Position numbers and translations under genes: made by a program
Notes under the pieces: generated by a model
The model's input: the letters and a program-made list of their open reading frames with translations, nothing else
Told to the model about the DNA's origin: nothing
Database searches by the model: none
Shown: positions 49,888-59,374 of the stretch, in pieces
Position numbering within the stretch: the stretch's first letter is position 1
Layout of the letters: every line of letters starts with the position of its first letter
NCBI GenBank assembly: GCA_023396065.1
Contig: JAEWXF010000025.1
Span: 1,201-65,200 of the forward strand
Length of the DNA stretch: 64,000 nucleotides
Direction: 5' to 3'
DNA from: Methanobacteriota archaeon
Lineage (GTDB): Archaea > Halobacteriota > Methanomicrobia > Methanomicrobiales > Methanocorpusculaceae

Positions 49888-50018
49888 TGATAATTCCCAT
49901 GGTGTCAAGAATATATATGTATACATCTATATGATAGAAAGGGATATAATTTTCGTCTCAGAGATAATAGTGTGGCATTCCGAAATTAGGTTACACTTTT
50001 TTCCTGCCCACTACGGTG

Positions 50019-51040
50019 TGCTGTATCAAAATTATTTCTCTGCATCATTTTTCCTCCATGACTCGCGCGAACATGGCGACACAGTTCGCTCTAATTAGGT
50101 CTACTACTTTCCTATAGAACGCCCTTTTTGGCGTTTCCATCGTTTTCCAGTCTAAACTCTGATGTGGCCTTCTTTCATTGTACCAGGTGACAAATTCCTC
50201 AAACTCAGTAAATCTCGGATAATTCTGTTGGTATGTTTGAAACCACCGCTCCATCTTTCCATTTGTCTGCGGATGCTTCACTCGTGCGAGAATATGCTTT
50301 ATTTTCTTCTCCTTACAGAATCTCTCAAATGAATGATCTGTGTTTCCTAAACAGTCTCGAACATTCGTGTAAAAGCGAGGGCGTTAGCCCGACGCGGTGA
50401 GCAAGCCAGGAAGGCTGGCGAGTGACTGGCTGCCATGATCCGTAATTACCTCCTGCATGGGGGAAATATGCTGATATTATTCATGGGCTTTCCTTAGAAG
50501 AGAGATCGAATTCTCAGCTGTTACTGCATAAAATTCTCCTTCGGCAAGAATCATACAACTTGTATCATCCAAGACATCATAAACCCAGATTTTTGAATTC
50601 TCGTGCTCGGGTGAGGAAGATGTCGCTTCCTGCAAATACCGATCCATGTGAACAGTAGAGAGACTGTGTTCTCTCTCACAACTTACCCAGGGACGGCGTC
50701 GAAAACTCTTCTTTGGGTCTTTGTTCGTCAATCCTTCCTCCAAAAATACGCGGTGAACAGCAGATGAGCCAATGCGGATTCCCCGGACAACACGAGGATA
50801 TTCCGTACTGGCGGAAGTCCCCATATTCAAGTCAAGCTTAATACAGATAATCTCATGACGAAGCTTATCGGAAATTACACGACATTTTCTCCCACGTTTA
50901 TTCAATCGAGGGCTTTTTCCACTCGCACGCGAATATTGCAGTAATTGGTAAGTGCGGGACGGGATCGCACTGAAATGGCAGGAAACATGGTTTACAGGAT
51001 GATCCCCATTGGGAGACCATGGTTCATGGTTTGCGCAACA
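50019..51040 (-). mobile_element. Decayed IS481-family insertion sequence (DDE/rve transposase pseudogene)
   Basis: One frame reads RRRPWV.CEREHSLSTVHMD...VLDD...TAENSI, then an in-frame TAA, then EVITDHGSQ[51-nt insert]FY...VKHPQTNGKMERWF...YNERRPHQSL. Ends are tentative (TGTTGCGCAAA at 51040 on the minus strand; TGCTGTATC at 50019). Confidence 0.8.
50375..50425. repeat. 51-nt double-hairpin insertion within the transposase gene
   Basis: Separates DHGSQ from FY exactly; contains GGGC-TAAC-GCCC and GCCAG-CCTTC-CTGGC hairpins (minus strand). Confidence 0.75.
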
Positions 51041-51098
51041 TTCTCGTTATCGAGGGGCACACAAAAATTGATTTTATCCTGACTATATTGTTCTGTAA

Positions 51099-51692
51099 TT
51101 ATTTCCCGTTCATCATCTGCACCGGCAGTTCACGTATCCGTGCCGGGTTCCCCATTGCCATCATTCCTGCCGGAACATCCTTCGTAACAACAGAACCCGC
51201 GGCAACAGCTGCCCCGCGTCCAATATGAACTCCGGGAACCAACGTAGCATTTGCACCAATCGCAGCAAAATCCTCAATAGTAGCGCCCACAAGACCTCCA
51301 ATTCCCGTAGGCGGATACCGGTCATTGGTGATAACCACATTTGGTCCGATGAACACATTATTTCCGATCTTCGTATTTGTCGGGATGAATGCCTGACTCT
51401 GGATGCTGACATTATCTCCAATGGTAACATTGCCTTCAATAACGGTTGACGTCCCTATTGCCGTGTGATTTCCAATGAACGTTTTCTCACGAATCATGAC
51501 GTTGTGGCCGGTCTGGCACTGATTCCCCATTACCACATCGCTATAGAGAATGGATCCTGAACGGATCGTACAATCATCACCAATTGTAACTCCCGGCCAG
51601 TCTTCTTTTCCCAGATGATCCCGAGAGGGGAATCCAAGCTGGACCGGTTCGAAAATAGTTACATTTTTCCCAATGATATTTTTGGCAGGCAT
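51099..51692 (-). CDS. Hexapeptide-repeat sugar N-acetyltransferase (WbpD-like)
   Basis: IGxN repeats, FIGPNVVITND, IGANAT, GSVVTKDVP, GNPAR; start ATG 51692. Confidence 0.85.
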   Translation of the reverse strand: MPAKNIIGKNVTIFEPVQLGFPSRDHLGKEDWPGVTIGDDCTIRSGSILYSDVVMGNQCQTGHNVMIREKTFIGNHTAIGTSTVIEGNVTIGDNVSIQSQAFIPTNTKIGNNVFIGPNVVITNDRYPPTGIGGLVGATIEDFAAIGANATLVPGVHIGRGAAVAAGSVVTKDVPAGMMAMGNPARIRELPVQMMNGK

Positions 51693-51711
51693 CTTCTCTT
51701 CCTCAAAAAAG

Positions 51712-53142
51712 TTAGCTGAGATTGTTTTTATCTCCACGACCGATACCCCGGTAGATCCATCCTGCATTCAGGAAGGTGTCCGGATTGATAATATTTCTCC
51801 CGTCAATAATGACCGGATGTTCTTTTCCGGTCATCACTTTCAAGGCATCTGCTGTCAGTTCCTTGTATTCATTGTGTCCGGTGAGGACAATGACTGCATC
51901 TGCATCCTTAACCGTCTCCTCAATACTCTTCAGGATGACAAGCTCAGGGATTTCCGGAAAGTCCTTTACCCAGACGTCATGAACGGTGGTGAGAGCTCCT
52001 TCATCCTGTGCAAGATGGTAGTATGCCTCGGACGGGGTGTTTCTGGCGTCATCCGTGTTTGCAAGGAATGCCCATCCCAGAAGTGCAATTTTTTTGCCCG
52101 CAAGCGAATCACAGCGCAGTGCGTTCTTCGTCAGGGTCATCATGTGCTTTGGCATGAAATCATTGATATGACGGGCAAGGACATACAGGGACTCTTCTCC
52201 TGCCGGATAATCCAGTTTGTCACCGCCAAGCATATGCATTCCGCGCTCAAGGTGATAGGTGTCTTTGGTAAGACAGTGTCCGCCGACACCTGCTCCCGGC
52301 CAGAGCATTGCACGGGTGATTCCTTCGCCCTTCAGGGAATCTACACCGGTTCTGACATTGTAGAAGTTGATCCCCATTGCTTCACAGTATAATGCAAGCT
52401 GGTTGGATGCAGCGATCTGGAGGTCACGGATGGTGTTTTCCGTGGTTTTTGTGACTTCTGCTTCCGTTGCACTCATGGGAATGACTTTTCCCTTTGTCAT
52501 GATCGGGCTGTAAAGTTCTACTGCCCGCGCGGTACTGATGTCATCGATACCACCGACACAGCGGTCATGCTCCTGAATGTTCTGGAGAAGTCTTCCGACC
52601 ATGACACGTTCCGGGGCATGGGCAAGGGCGAAGTCAACACCGGCAACAAGTCCGGACTCTTTTTCCAGAATCTCCCGGGCCATTACTGCGGTTGTTCCAG
52701 GGGTAATGGTGGATTCAAGGACTACCAGCATTCCAGGCTTCAGTTGTGTTCCTACGTTTTTGATGCCGTCAATGAGAGCTCCAAAGTCCGGAATAAGGTC
52801 TTTCGGATCTTTGAAGGGAGTCTGGATGGCAAGGCATATGGCGTCCAGTTCACTGATTTTGGAAAAGTCGGATGTACACTCGAACTTTCCTTCTGTGACT
52901 ACTTTTTTTACCAGGTCGTCAAGTCCGGGTTCAATCCCTTTTAATGGACATTCGCCACGGTTGAGCATCTCAATTTTATATCCTGAGCTTTTCGATGCAC
53001 GCTGGAATCCATAGACTTTTTCGATTGTCGGAACGTTTGCCATAAGCATTGCGGCAGGGATACCAACGTACCCCATACCAATGACGCCGGCTTTGCGGAT
53101 CGGGCCACGGGATTTGATAAGCTGAACTAATTTGTCAGACAT
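51712..53142 (-). CDS. UDP-N-acetylhexosamine 6-dehydrogenase (WbpA/WecC-like)
   Basis: GMGYVG, LESTITPGTT, APER, PGAGVGGHCL, DDARNTP, DGRN. Confidence 0.9.
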   Translation of the reverse strand: MSDKLVQLIKSRGPIRKAGVIGMGYVGIPAAMLMANVPTIEKVYGFQRASKSSGYKIEMLNRGECPLKGIEPGLDDLVKKVVTEGKFECTSDFSKISELDAICLAIQTPFKDPKDLIPDFGALIDGIKNVGTQLKPGMLVVLESTITPGTTAVMAREILEKESGLVAGVDFALAHAPERVMVGRLLQNIQEHDRCVGGIDDISTARAVELYSPIMTKGKVIPMSATEAEVTKTTENTIRDLQIAASNQLALYCEAMGINFYNVRTGVDSLKGEGITRAMLWPGAGVGGHCLTKDTYHLERGMHMLGGDKLDYPAGEESLYVLARHINDFMPKHMMTLTKNALRCDSLAGKKIALLGWAFLANTDDARNTPSEAYYHLAQDEGALTTVHDVWVKDFPEIPELVILKSIEETVKDADAVIVLTGHNEYKELTADALKVMTGKEHPVIIDGRNIINPDTFLNAGWIYRGIGRGDKNNLS

Positions 53143-53187
53143 GGTTATTTCCTGAGAGAATTTTGTGAGTATTTTTGTTGTTCTTTT

Positions 53188-54099
53188 TTAGATGCCTGCT
53201 GCTTTGTGAATTTCTTCACAGACACGCATGTTGTTGGTTGCCTGTTCCAGTGTGATGGGGAAGGGTTTCTTTTCTTTTGTGCAGTTGAGGAAGGTCTGGA
53301 GTTCGAGTTTGAGAGGTTCTACTTTTGGCACCATGACCTTTTCGACTACATTTTCCTGAACATACCGTTCGTCTTCGACATGGTAAACTCCGGGTTTTCT
53401 GTAGATGTAGACTTCCTGGGTCATGAAGTCACCTTCAATGGTGAGATCTTCCTGTTCAATGCTGATGCAGCGCAGCTTTTTTGATGCTTTTCTGCTTGCG
53501 GACAGGTACATCGGGACATTTCCGTTGTTGACCAGTACGCCCATTACATCTTCGGTTCCGCATGCTGAGAGGGTATAGTCTCCCTTGATAAAGTGGTTGA
53601 ATGCGATGTCGATGTCATGGATCATCAGGTCTTCAACAACCGGTGTTCCAATGATTCTTCCGGATGCCGGGTTGTGACGGTGAATTGAAATGTAGAACGG
53701 ATCTTTGATGATTTTTGTGATTTCCGGGATGATCGGGTTGAATCTTTCAATGTGGCCTACGCCAACGGTTACGTTATCCGGAATGTGGTCGATGAGATAT
53801 TCTGCATCTGCTACCGTTGAGCAGACCGGCTTTTCGATGAGCGCGGATACTCCGGTGGAGAGTACTGCAAGGGCGGTATCTTTGTGGAACTGTGTGGGGA
53901 CACAGATGCTTACTGCATCAACAACGTCCAGAAGTTTGTCAAGTGTCGGGGCTGCTTCGACCCCGAGTTTTTCTGCTGTTTTTTGTGCTGATTCTGCGAA
54001 TACATCGTAGAGGACAACACCGTCAATTCCTCTGAGTTCAGAGTAGACACGGGAGTGATTTTGTCCCATGACACCGGTTCCGATTACACCTACTTTCAT
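53188..54099 (-). CDS. Gfo/Idh/MocA oxidoreductase (UDP-GlcNAcA 3-dehydrogenase, WbpB-like)
   Basis: GTGVMGQNH, LIEKP, VGHIERFNP, DLMIHDID; start ATG 54099. Confidence 0.85.
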   Translation of the reverse strand: MKVGVIGTGVMGQNHSRVYSELRGIDGVVLYDVFAESAQKTAEKLGVEAAPTLDKLLDVVDAVSICVPTQFHKDTALAVLSTGVSALIEKPVCSTVADAEYLIDHIPDNVTVGVGHIERFNPIIPEITKIIKDPFYISIHRHNPASGRIIGTPVVEDLMIHDIDIAFNHFIKGDYTLSACGTEDVMGVLVNNGNVPMYLSASRKASKKLRCISIEQEDLTIEGDFMTQEVYIYRKPGVYHVEDERYVQENVVEKVMVPKVEPLKLELQTFLNCTKEKKPFPITLEQATNNMRVCEEIHKAAGI

Positions 54100-54199
54100 T
54101 TGAGATTCCTCTTTGTGACGCATTCAAGAGTTTCAGATAATATTTCACACGATACATTATGAGTGTTATTGTCACTCGGTGTGACAGAATCTTTTTCAT

Positions 54200-55279
54200 T
54201 TATTTCATTTTCACGAGGGGCAGGTTCTGTTCCAGAAGTTCTACCGTTTTTTCTGCTCCATGTCCGTCTCCAAATACCGGGGTCCAGTTTTCCGGGTGAA
54301 TATCTGCATTGAGTGCTTTCTGTATTTCCTGCGTGTTGTGTGAGTGTACCAGTACGTTCCAGCCCCCGGTGAGGGTTTCTATCCATTCTGTGTTTTCCCG
54401 AAGGGTTACACAGGGGGTTTTGAGGAGATATGCTTCTTTTTGTACTCCTCCTGAGTCTGTGACGATTTTTTCTGCATTTGCAGTCAGATGAAGCATGTCC
54501 AGATATCCCAGAGGATCCAGAAGGTGAACGTTTTCAGGAATGGTAAGGTTATATTCCTGCAGGTATTTTTTTGTGCGCGGGTGAATCGGGAAGATGACTG
54601 TTTTTCCGCATGCGCCAAATGCCTGCAGTATTGCTGTCATGTTTTCTTTTGAGTCAGTGTTTGAAGGACGATGGATGGTTGCAGCAATGTACTGTTTTTT
54701 GGCGGTGCCCACGATTTCCAATATGTTTGAGTATGTCCCTGCGCGTTCCTTGTTGAAGAGAACGGCATCCGCCATGACATCCCCCACGTGATATACTCCT
54801 TTCGTGATCCCTTCGTTTTTCAGGTTTTGTACTGCGGTGTCCGTGGGGCAGAAGAGGAGATCGGATATATGGTCGGTCAGGATACGGTTGATTTCCTCCG
54901 GCATTCGTTTGTCAAAAGATCTGAGTCCTGCTTCTATGTGAATGACCGGAATATGGAGTTTGGCAGCTGCCAGTGCTCCGGCAATGGTGGAGTTGGTGTC
55001 ACCGTATACTAACAGTGCGTCCGGACATTCTTTTTGTAGGATGTCTTCGATTGCTGCAAGCATTGCTCCGGTTTGGTGACCGTGTGAGCCGGATCCTATA
55101 CCAAGGTTGTAGTCCGGGAGAGGGATATCCAGTTCCCGGAAGAAGATTTCTGACATTCCATAGTCATAATGCTGACCGGTATGTACGAGTACTTCTGTGT
55201 GGTTTTTTCTTAGTGCCCGGGATACCGGGGCACATTTGATAAACTGAGGGCGCGCGCCGACGATGGTTACGATTTTCAT
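54200..55279 (-). CDS. wecB: Non-hydrolysing UDP-N-acetylglucosamine 2-epimerase family (WecB/WbpI-like)
   Basis: GARPQFIK, HTGQHYD, YGDTNST, HIEAGLRS, PEEINR, TDSGGVQKEA. Confidence 0.9.
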   Translation of the reverse strand: MKIVTIVGARPQFIKCAPVSRALRKNHTEVLVHTGQHYDYGMSEIFFRELDIPLPDYNLGIGSGSHGHQTGAMLAAIEDILQKECPDALLVYGDTNSTIAGALAAAKLHIPVIHIEAGLRSFDKRMPEEINRILTDHISDLLFCPTDTAVQNLKNEGITKGVYHVGDVMADAVLFNKERAGTYSNILEIVGTAKKQYIAATIHRPSNTDSKENMTAILQAFGACGKTVIFPIHPRTKKYLQEYNLTIPENVHLLDPLGYLDMLHLTANAEKIVTDSGGVQKEAYLLKTPCVTLRENTEWIETLTGGWNVLVHSHNTQEIQKALNADIHPENWTPVFGDGHGAEKTVELLEQNLPLVKMK

Positions 55280-55311
55280 GATTTAGCGGAACTATCTGGT
55301 TTGCCTGTTTT

Positions 55312-56403
55312 TTACGAGGAGATGTTGTTGATAACGTCTGCAATGTATCTGCATTCATCCGCCGTTACTGATGGGTGGACCGGGAGGCTGAGGACGCGCG
55401 CGGCACAGTCTTCTGAGACCGGGAGACTGATGCCGGCATTTTCTTTTGCAAAGACCGGTTGTTTGTGCAGGGGTATGGGATAGTGAACTGCGGATCCGAT
55501 TCCTTTTTCGTTGAGGTAGGCCATGAGTTCTTCACGGGTCATGGGGAAGTCATCTTCAATTCTGATGACATACTGGTGGTAGACATGTTCTGCTTCCGGC
55601 GCAGTGTACGGGGTGGTAATTCCTTTTGCATGGATCAGTGTGTTGAGGATGGATGCGTTTTCCTGTCTGCGCGCGGTGAAGCCGGGCAGGCGTTTCAGCT
55701 GTTCCAGACCGATTGCTGCATGGACGTTGGTCATGCGGTAGTTGTAGCCGATCATGGTATGTAGATATTTTTCGGTCTGACCGTGATTACAGAGGATACG
55801 CGCGGTGTTTGCGGCGTCAATGTCAGAGGTTACAATCATGCCGCCTTCACCGGTTGTCATGTTTTTGGTCGGATAGAATGAGAAGCAGGCAAGGTCTCCC
55901 AGTGCCCCTGCGCGCACGCCGTTCCATTTTGCTCCGTGTGCCTGGGCACTGTCTTCGATGAAGGCCAGGTTGTGTTTTTTGCAGATGTTTTTCAGGGCGG
56001 GTGCATTGCAGCACTGACCGAAGATGTGGACGCCGATTACTGCTTTGGTTTTGCCGGTAATTTTCTGTTCGACACTTTTCGGGTCGATGTTGAAGGTATC
56101 CGGCAGGACATCTGCAAACACCGGTTTTGCGCCGCACATGCTGACCGAACTTGCGGAGGCAAAGAAGGTGAAGGCGGGAACGATTACTTCGTCTCCCGGA
56201 GCAATTCCTGCGGCAAGAAGCGCTGCATGGAGCGCGGTGGTACCATTTGTTGTGGCAATGCCGTATTTCGCTCCGCAGAAGGTGGCGAATTCTTCTTCAA
56301 AGTTGTGGACTATGTCACCTGAGGCCATCATTCCGGAGAGGATGACTTCACGGACTTTTGCGGCTTCTTCCTCGCCGGCAACAGGTTTTGCGATTGAGAT
56401 CAT
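55312..56403 (-). CDS. DegT/DnrJ PLP sugar aminotransferase (WbpE-like)
   Basis: NGTTALH, EDSAQAHG, FSFYPTKNMTTGEGG, GYNYRM, LSLP; start ATG 56403. Confidence 0.9.
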   Translation of the reverse strand: MISIAKPVAGEEEAAKVREVILSGMMASGDIVHNFEEEFATFCGAKYGIATTNGTTALHAALLAAGIAPGDEVIVPAFTFFASASSVSMCGAKPVFADVLPDTFNIDPKSVEQKITGKTKAVIGVHIFGQCCNAPALKNICKKHNLAFIEDSAQAHGAKWNGVRAGALGDLACFSFYPTKNMTTGEGGMIVTSDIDAANTARILCNHGQTEKYLHTMIGYNYRMTNVHAAIGLEQLKRLPGFTARRQENASILNTLIHAKGITTPYTAPEAEHVYHQYVIRIEDDFPMTREELMAYLNEKGIGSAVHYPIPLHKQPVFAKENAGISLPVSEDCAARVLSLPVHPSVTADECRYIADVINNISS

Positions 56404-56934
56404 GGATGAAGATATTATTCGTTTGTTCTGTGTATTGGATGTTGTGATTGATTGGTGTGAAACCCGGTTTCCGCATTCATGATGGTGGCGAGGGTGTTGC
56501 TGGTCTTGATCATATCTCGGAATAACCAATGGCGTACCTCATTCTCAAGATAGGACAGGCAGATAGACATTTTTTTTCCAATTTTGAAGGAAAACATCTT
56601 TAGAGTTGTCTGAAAATCCTTCCACTTATGGGTAGTTCATGAGTATAATGTCAGCAGCAGATGATATGTTCCGATGGAAAACTAAGAACATCAAAGAACC
56701 TCTTTTTTATTTGAGAACGTTGAATACTATATCAAATGATTTCTGTCCCTCAGTTCGTCACATGCAACAGGCGCTCTCGGATGAATTTCCTGTGGAGATG
56801 TGATTCTTTCATCTTCGTGAGATTCGTACAGCGAGGGATTGTGAGATGCGGCATTCCGGGAGGAGGAAATGCCTTTAACCAGGGGTGTTGTCAGTATCAG
56901 ATTGCAGAGGCTGTTAAGAGGGAGGTGAGTTGGC

Positions 56935-57831
56935 ATGTATCGTGAGAAGAGGATCGGGGTTGTGGTTCCGGCATATAATGAGGAGCTTTTGATTGTTGAT
57001 ACGCTTTCGTCTATCCCTGATTTTGTCGATAGAATATATGTGGTGAATGACTGTTCGAAGGATAATACTAAGAGATTAATTGAAGAATATGCTGTGACTA
57101 ATCCACGGGTTATCCCTCATCATCATGATGAGAATGGTGGTGTTGGTGCGGCAATTATTACTGGATACAAAAATGCAATCTCCGACTCGATTGATGTGAT
57201 AGCAATCATGGCTGGTGACAATCAGATGAGCCCGGATCATCTAAGTAAATTGCTTGACCCCATTATATCGGGAGATGCAGATATTACAAAAGGTAATCGT
57301 TTAACAAAGGATTATTGGAAGGGTATGAGTTTATGGCGTCACTTTGGTAATTGCTTATTATCATCTCTTACAAAAGTTGCATCAGGATACTGGTATGTGA
57401 ATGACCCTCAAAATGGGTATGTTGCAATCTCTTTACTCGCGTTAAAAAAGTTTGATCTTGACGCATTATATAAAAGATATGCCTTTGAAAATGATGTCAT
57501 GATCAAAGGAAATATTTTGGGGTTGCGCATGATGAATGTAGCAATTCCTGCAATTTATGCGGGTGAGGTGTCGGGCATTCGTTATGGTAATTTCATTATC
57601 ACAACGAGTATTTTTCTTCTGAAATCATTCATCTGGAGATTGTGGGAAAAGTATTTAACTCATTTTAATATGATGGGATTGATCTATATACTTGGTATCA
57701 CTGGAATGCTAGTTGGGGTTGTCGCATTTATTTGGACCCCATTGATATTCTTCATTGGTGTGATATTATTCATTTTGGCTTGCCTTATGGAAAGGCATAC
57801 CCAAAAAGAGTTTAAGCAAGGTGATTGGTGA
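56935..57831 (+). CDS. GT2 glycosyltransferase with C-terminal TM helices
   Basis: VVPAYNEE, VNDCSKD, NGGVGAA, MAGDNQ, DPQNGY. Confidence 0.88.
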   Translation: MYREKRIGVVVPAYNEELLIVDTLSSIPDFVDRIYVVNDCSKDNTKRLIEEYAVTNPRVIPHHHDENGGVGAAIITGYKNAISDSIDVIAIMAGDNQMSPDHLSKLLDPIISGDADITKGNRLTKDYWKGMSLWRHFGNCLLSSLTKVASGYWYVNDPQNGYVAISLLALKKFDLDALYKRYAFENDVMIKGNILGLRMMNVAIPAIYAGEVSGIRYGNFIITTSIFLLKSFIWRLWEKYLTHFNMMGLIYILGITGMLVGVVAFIWTPLIFFIGVILFILACLMERHTQKEFKQGDW

Positions 57832-58904
57832 TGAAAGTTGGTATCTTTGCAATAACTCCTGCTCAAATTCATTTTTATAAAAATATAATTGATCAGCTTG
57901 AGGGTGAGGGGCATGAGGTCTTTATACTCGCCAGAGATTATGGTGACACTCTTGAACTTCTGGAAGAGATGAAGATTCCCTATCATTTATTTTCAAGACC
58001 CCCTGCATCTAAAGCTGGGAAAGTACTTGGATTTCCTAAAGAATTACTCGATGCTTTTCTTGCATTGCATAGATGGGGAGCAGATATTGTTACTGGCTTC
58101 GGGATGTATGAGGCGTTTATCTCAGCAGTCCTTCGAATCCCATGTGTTGCATTTACCGATTCTGAATATTCAGTTAACTCAAAATCATATGTGATTCAAT
58201 TTAAACTTGCATCGCCTTTTTTAGATGCAGTGGTCACTCCCAAAAAATATAAAGACAATTTGGGTTTTAAGCATATTAAGGTAAATAGTTATAAAGAATT
58301 GGCATATTTACATCAAAGATATTATGTACCAAATAAAGACATATATGGTATGCTGGGGATCCCGGAGTTCGATGAATATGTTCTTTTAAGATTTAATGCC
58401 TTCGATGCAGTTCATGATTATGGTATTACTGGATTTGGTGAAAATGATAAAATTGAATTAACATCTGTACTTAGTAAATACGCACATGTCTTTATCTCTT
58501 CGGAGATGGTGCTCCCCCACGATTTAGATAAATATCAACTTCATGTGCAAAAGAATAGGATTCATGACGTACTATACTATGCAAAACTTTTAGTTACTGA
58601 TACACAAACAATGACTACAGAGGCAGCTCTTTTGGGAACCCCGGCTGTACGGTGTAATGCTTTTGTTGGAATTCATGATATGAGCAATTTTGAGGAATTG
58701 GAACATGATTATGGATTGATATATAATTTCAGAGATCCACAAGAGGCTATCAATAAAGCGGATGAGTTAATGAAGATGAATGACCTGAAGGAACGATGGG
58801 CTGAAAAAAGACAGATGATGCTGTCTGAAAAAGAAGATGTTTGTTCAGCGTTTGTAAATATTCTTGATGAGACATATTTAAATTCAAAAAAATTTCGTGG
58901 TTAA
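57831..58904 (+). CDS. DUF354 family GT-B-fold protein
   Basis: PAQIHFYKN, ARDYG, TDSE, YKELAYL, AVHD, TMTTEAALLGTP. Confidence 0.82.
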   Translation: MKVGIFAITPAQIHFYKNIIDQLEGEGHEVFILARDYGDTLELLEEMKIPYHLFSRPPASKAGKVLGFPKELLDAFLALHRWGADIVTGFGMYEAFISAVLRIPCVAFTDSEYSVNSKSYVIQFKLASPFLDAVVTPKKYKDNLGFKHIKVNSYKELAYLHQRYYVPNKDIYGMLGIPEFDEYVLLRFNAFDAVHDYGITGFGENDKIELTSVLSKYAHVFISSEMVLPHDLDKYQLHVQKNRIHDVLYYAKLLVTDTQTMTTEAALLGTPAVRCNAFVGIHDMSNFEELEHDYGLIYNFRDPQEAINKADELMKMNDLKERWAEKRQMMLSEKEDVCSAFVNILDETYLNSKKFRG

Positions 58905-58959
58905 GATGTGTGTGATTTCTGGATTTACTGGGCACGACGAGTACCTCATTGCAGACTGT

Positions 58960-59374
58960 ATCCGTTTTGTTCAGGGGCTGTCGAACGAATTAAAGCTGCA
59001 TCGAAGACCATCTCGCCGGGAAAAATCCATGACCTTATGTATTATTCGACCCAGTATGTTGGGTGGAGGAGGGCGATGATGCGACGGAGGCAATTTGTAT
59101 GAGAGTGCATGCGGTTGTTGTTAACCCTGAGGCGGTGCGAGGAGATGGCGAGCATACTTTCGGGGTGTATCACAGGTATTATCATGAGTTTGGGTTGCTC
59201 TGGGCATACAGGGATGTCGAGGAAGGGTTGGGACTGATTGATTGCTTATTAATGGATGCTTACTTACGGGAGAAAGGAAAGGAGAAAAGAAGTGGGATGC
59301 TTTCTGATGCGGGTGATGGGACTGAAATGTTGATTAAAGATGTAGAGAAAATTGAGGAAAATTGCCATGTTTAG
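58960..59374 (+). pseudogene. Frameshifted C-terminal remnant of a second DUF354 gene
   Basis: ISPGKIHDLMYYSTQYVG in one frame and ATEA...HEFGLLWAYRDVEE...KEKRSGMLSD in another align with IHDVLYYAKL...TTEA...HDYGLIYNFRDPQE...EKRQMMLSE of the upstream gene; boundaries approximate. Confidence 0.7.

Noticed and set aside
50375..50425. 51-nt insert as a bulge-helix-bulge archaeal intron
   Set aside because: I could not build a convincing BHB motif from the junction sequences, and the host gene has other inactivating lesions; kept as a DNA-level insertion instead
56598..56620. TTAGAGTTGTCTGAAAAT as a possible IS terminal repeat (similarly TAGTGTGGCATTCCGAAATTAGGTTACA near 49968-49995)
   Set aside because: No partner inverted repeat or transposase found nearby; resemblance alone is insufficient without an ISfinder search
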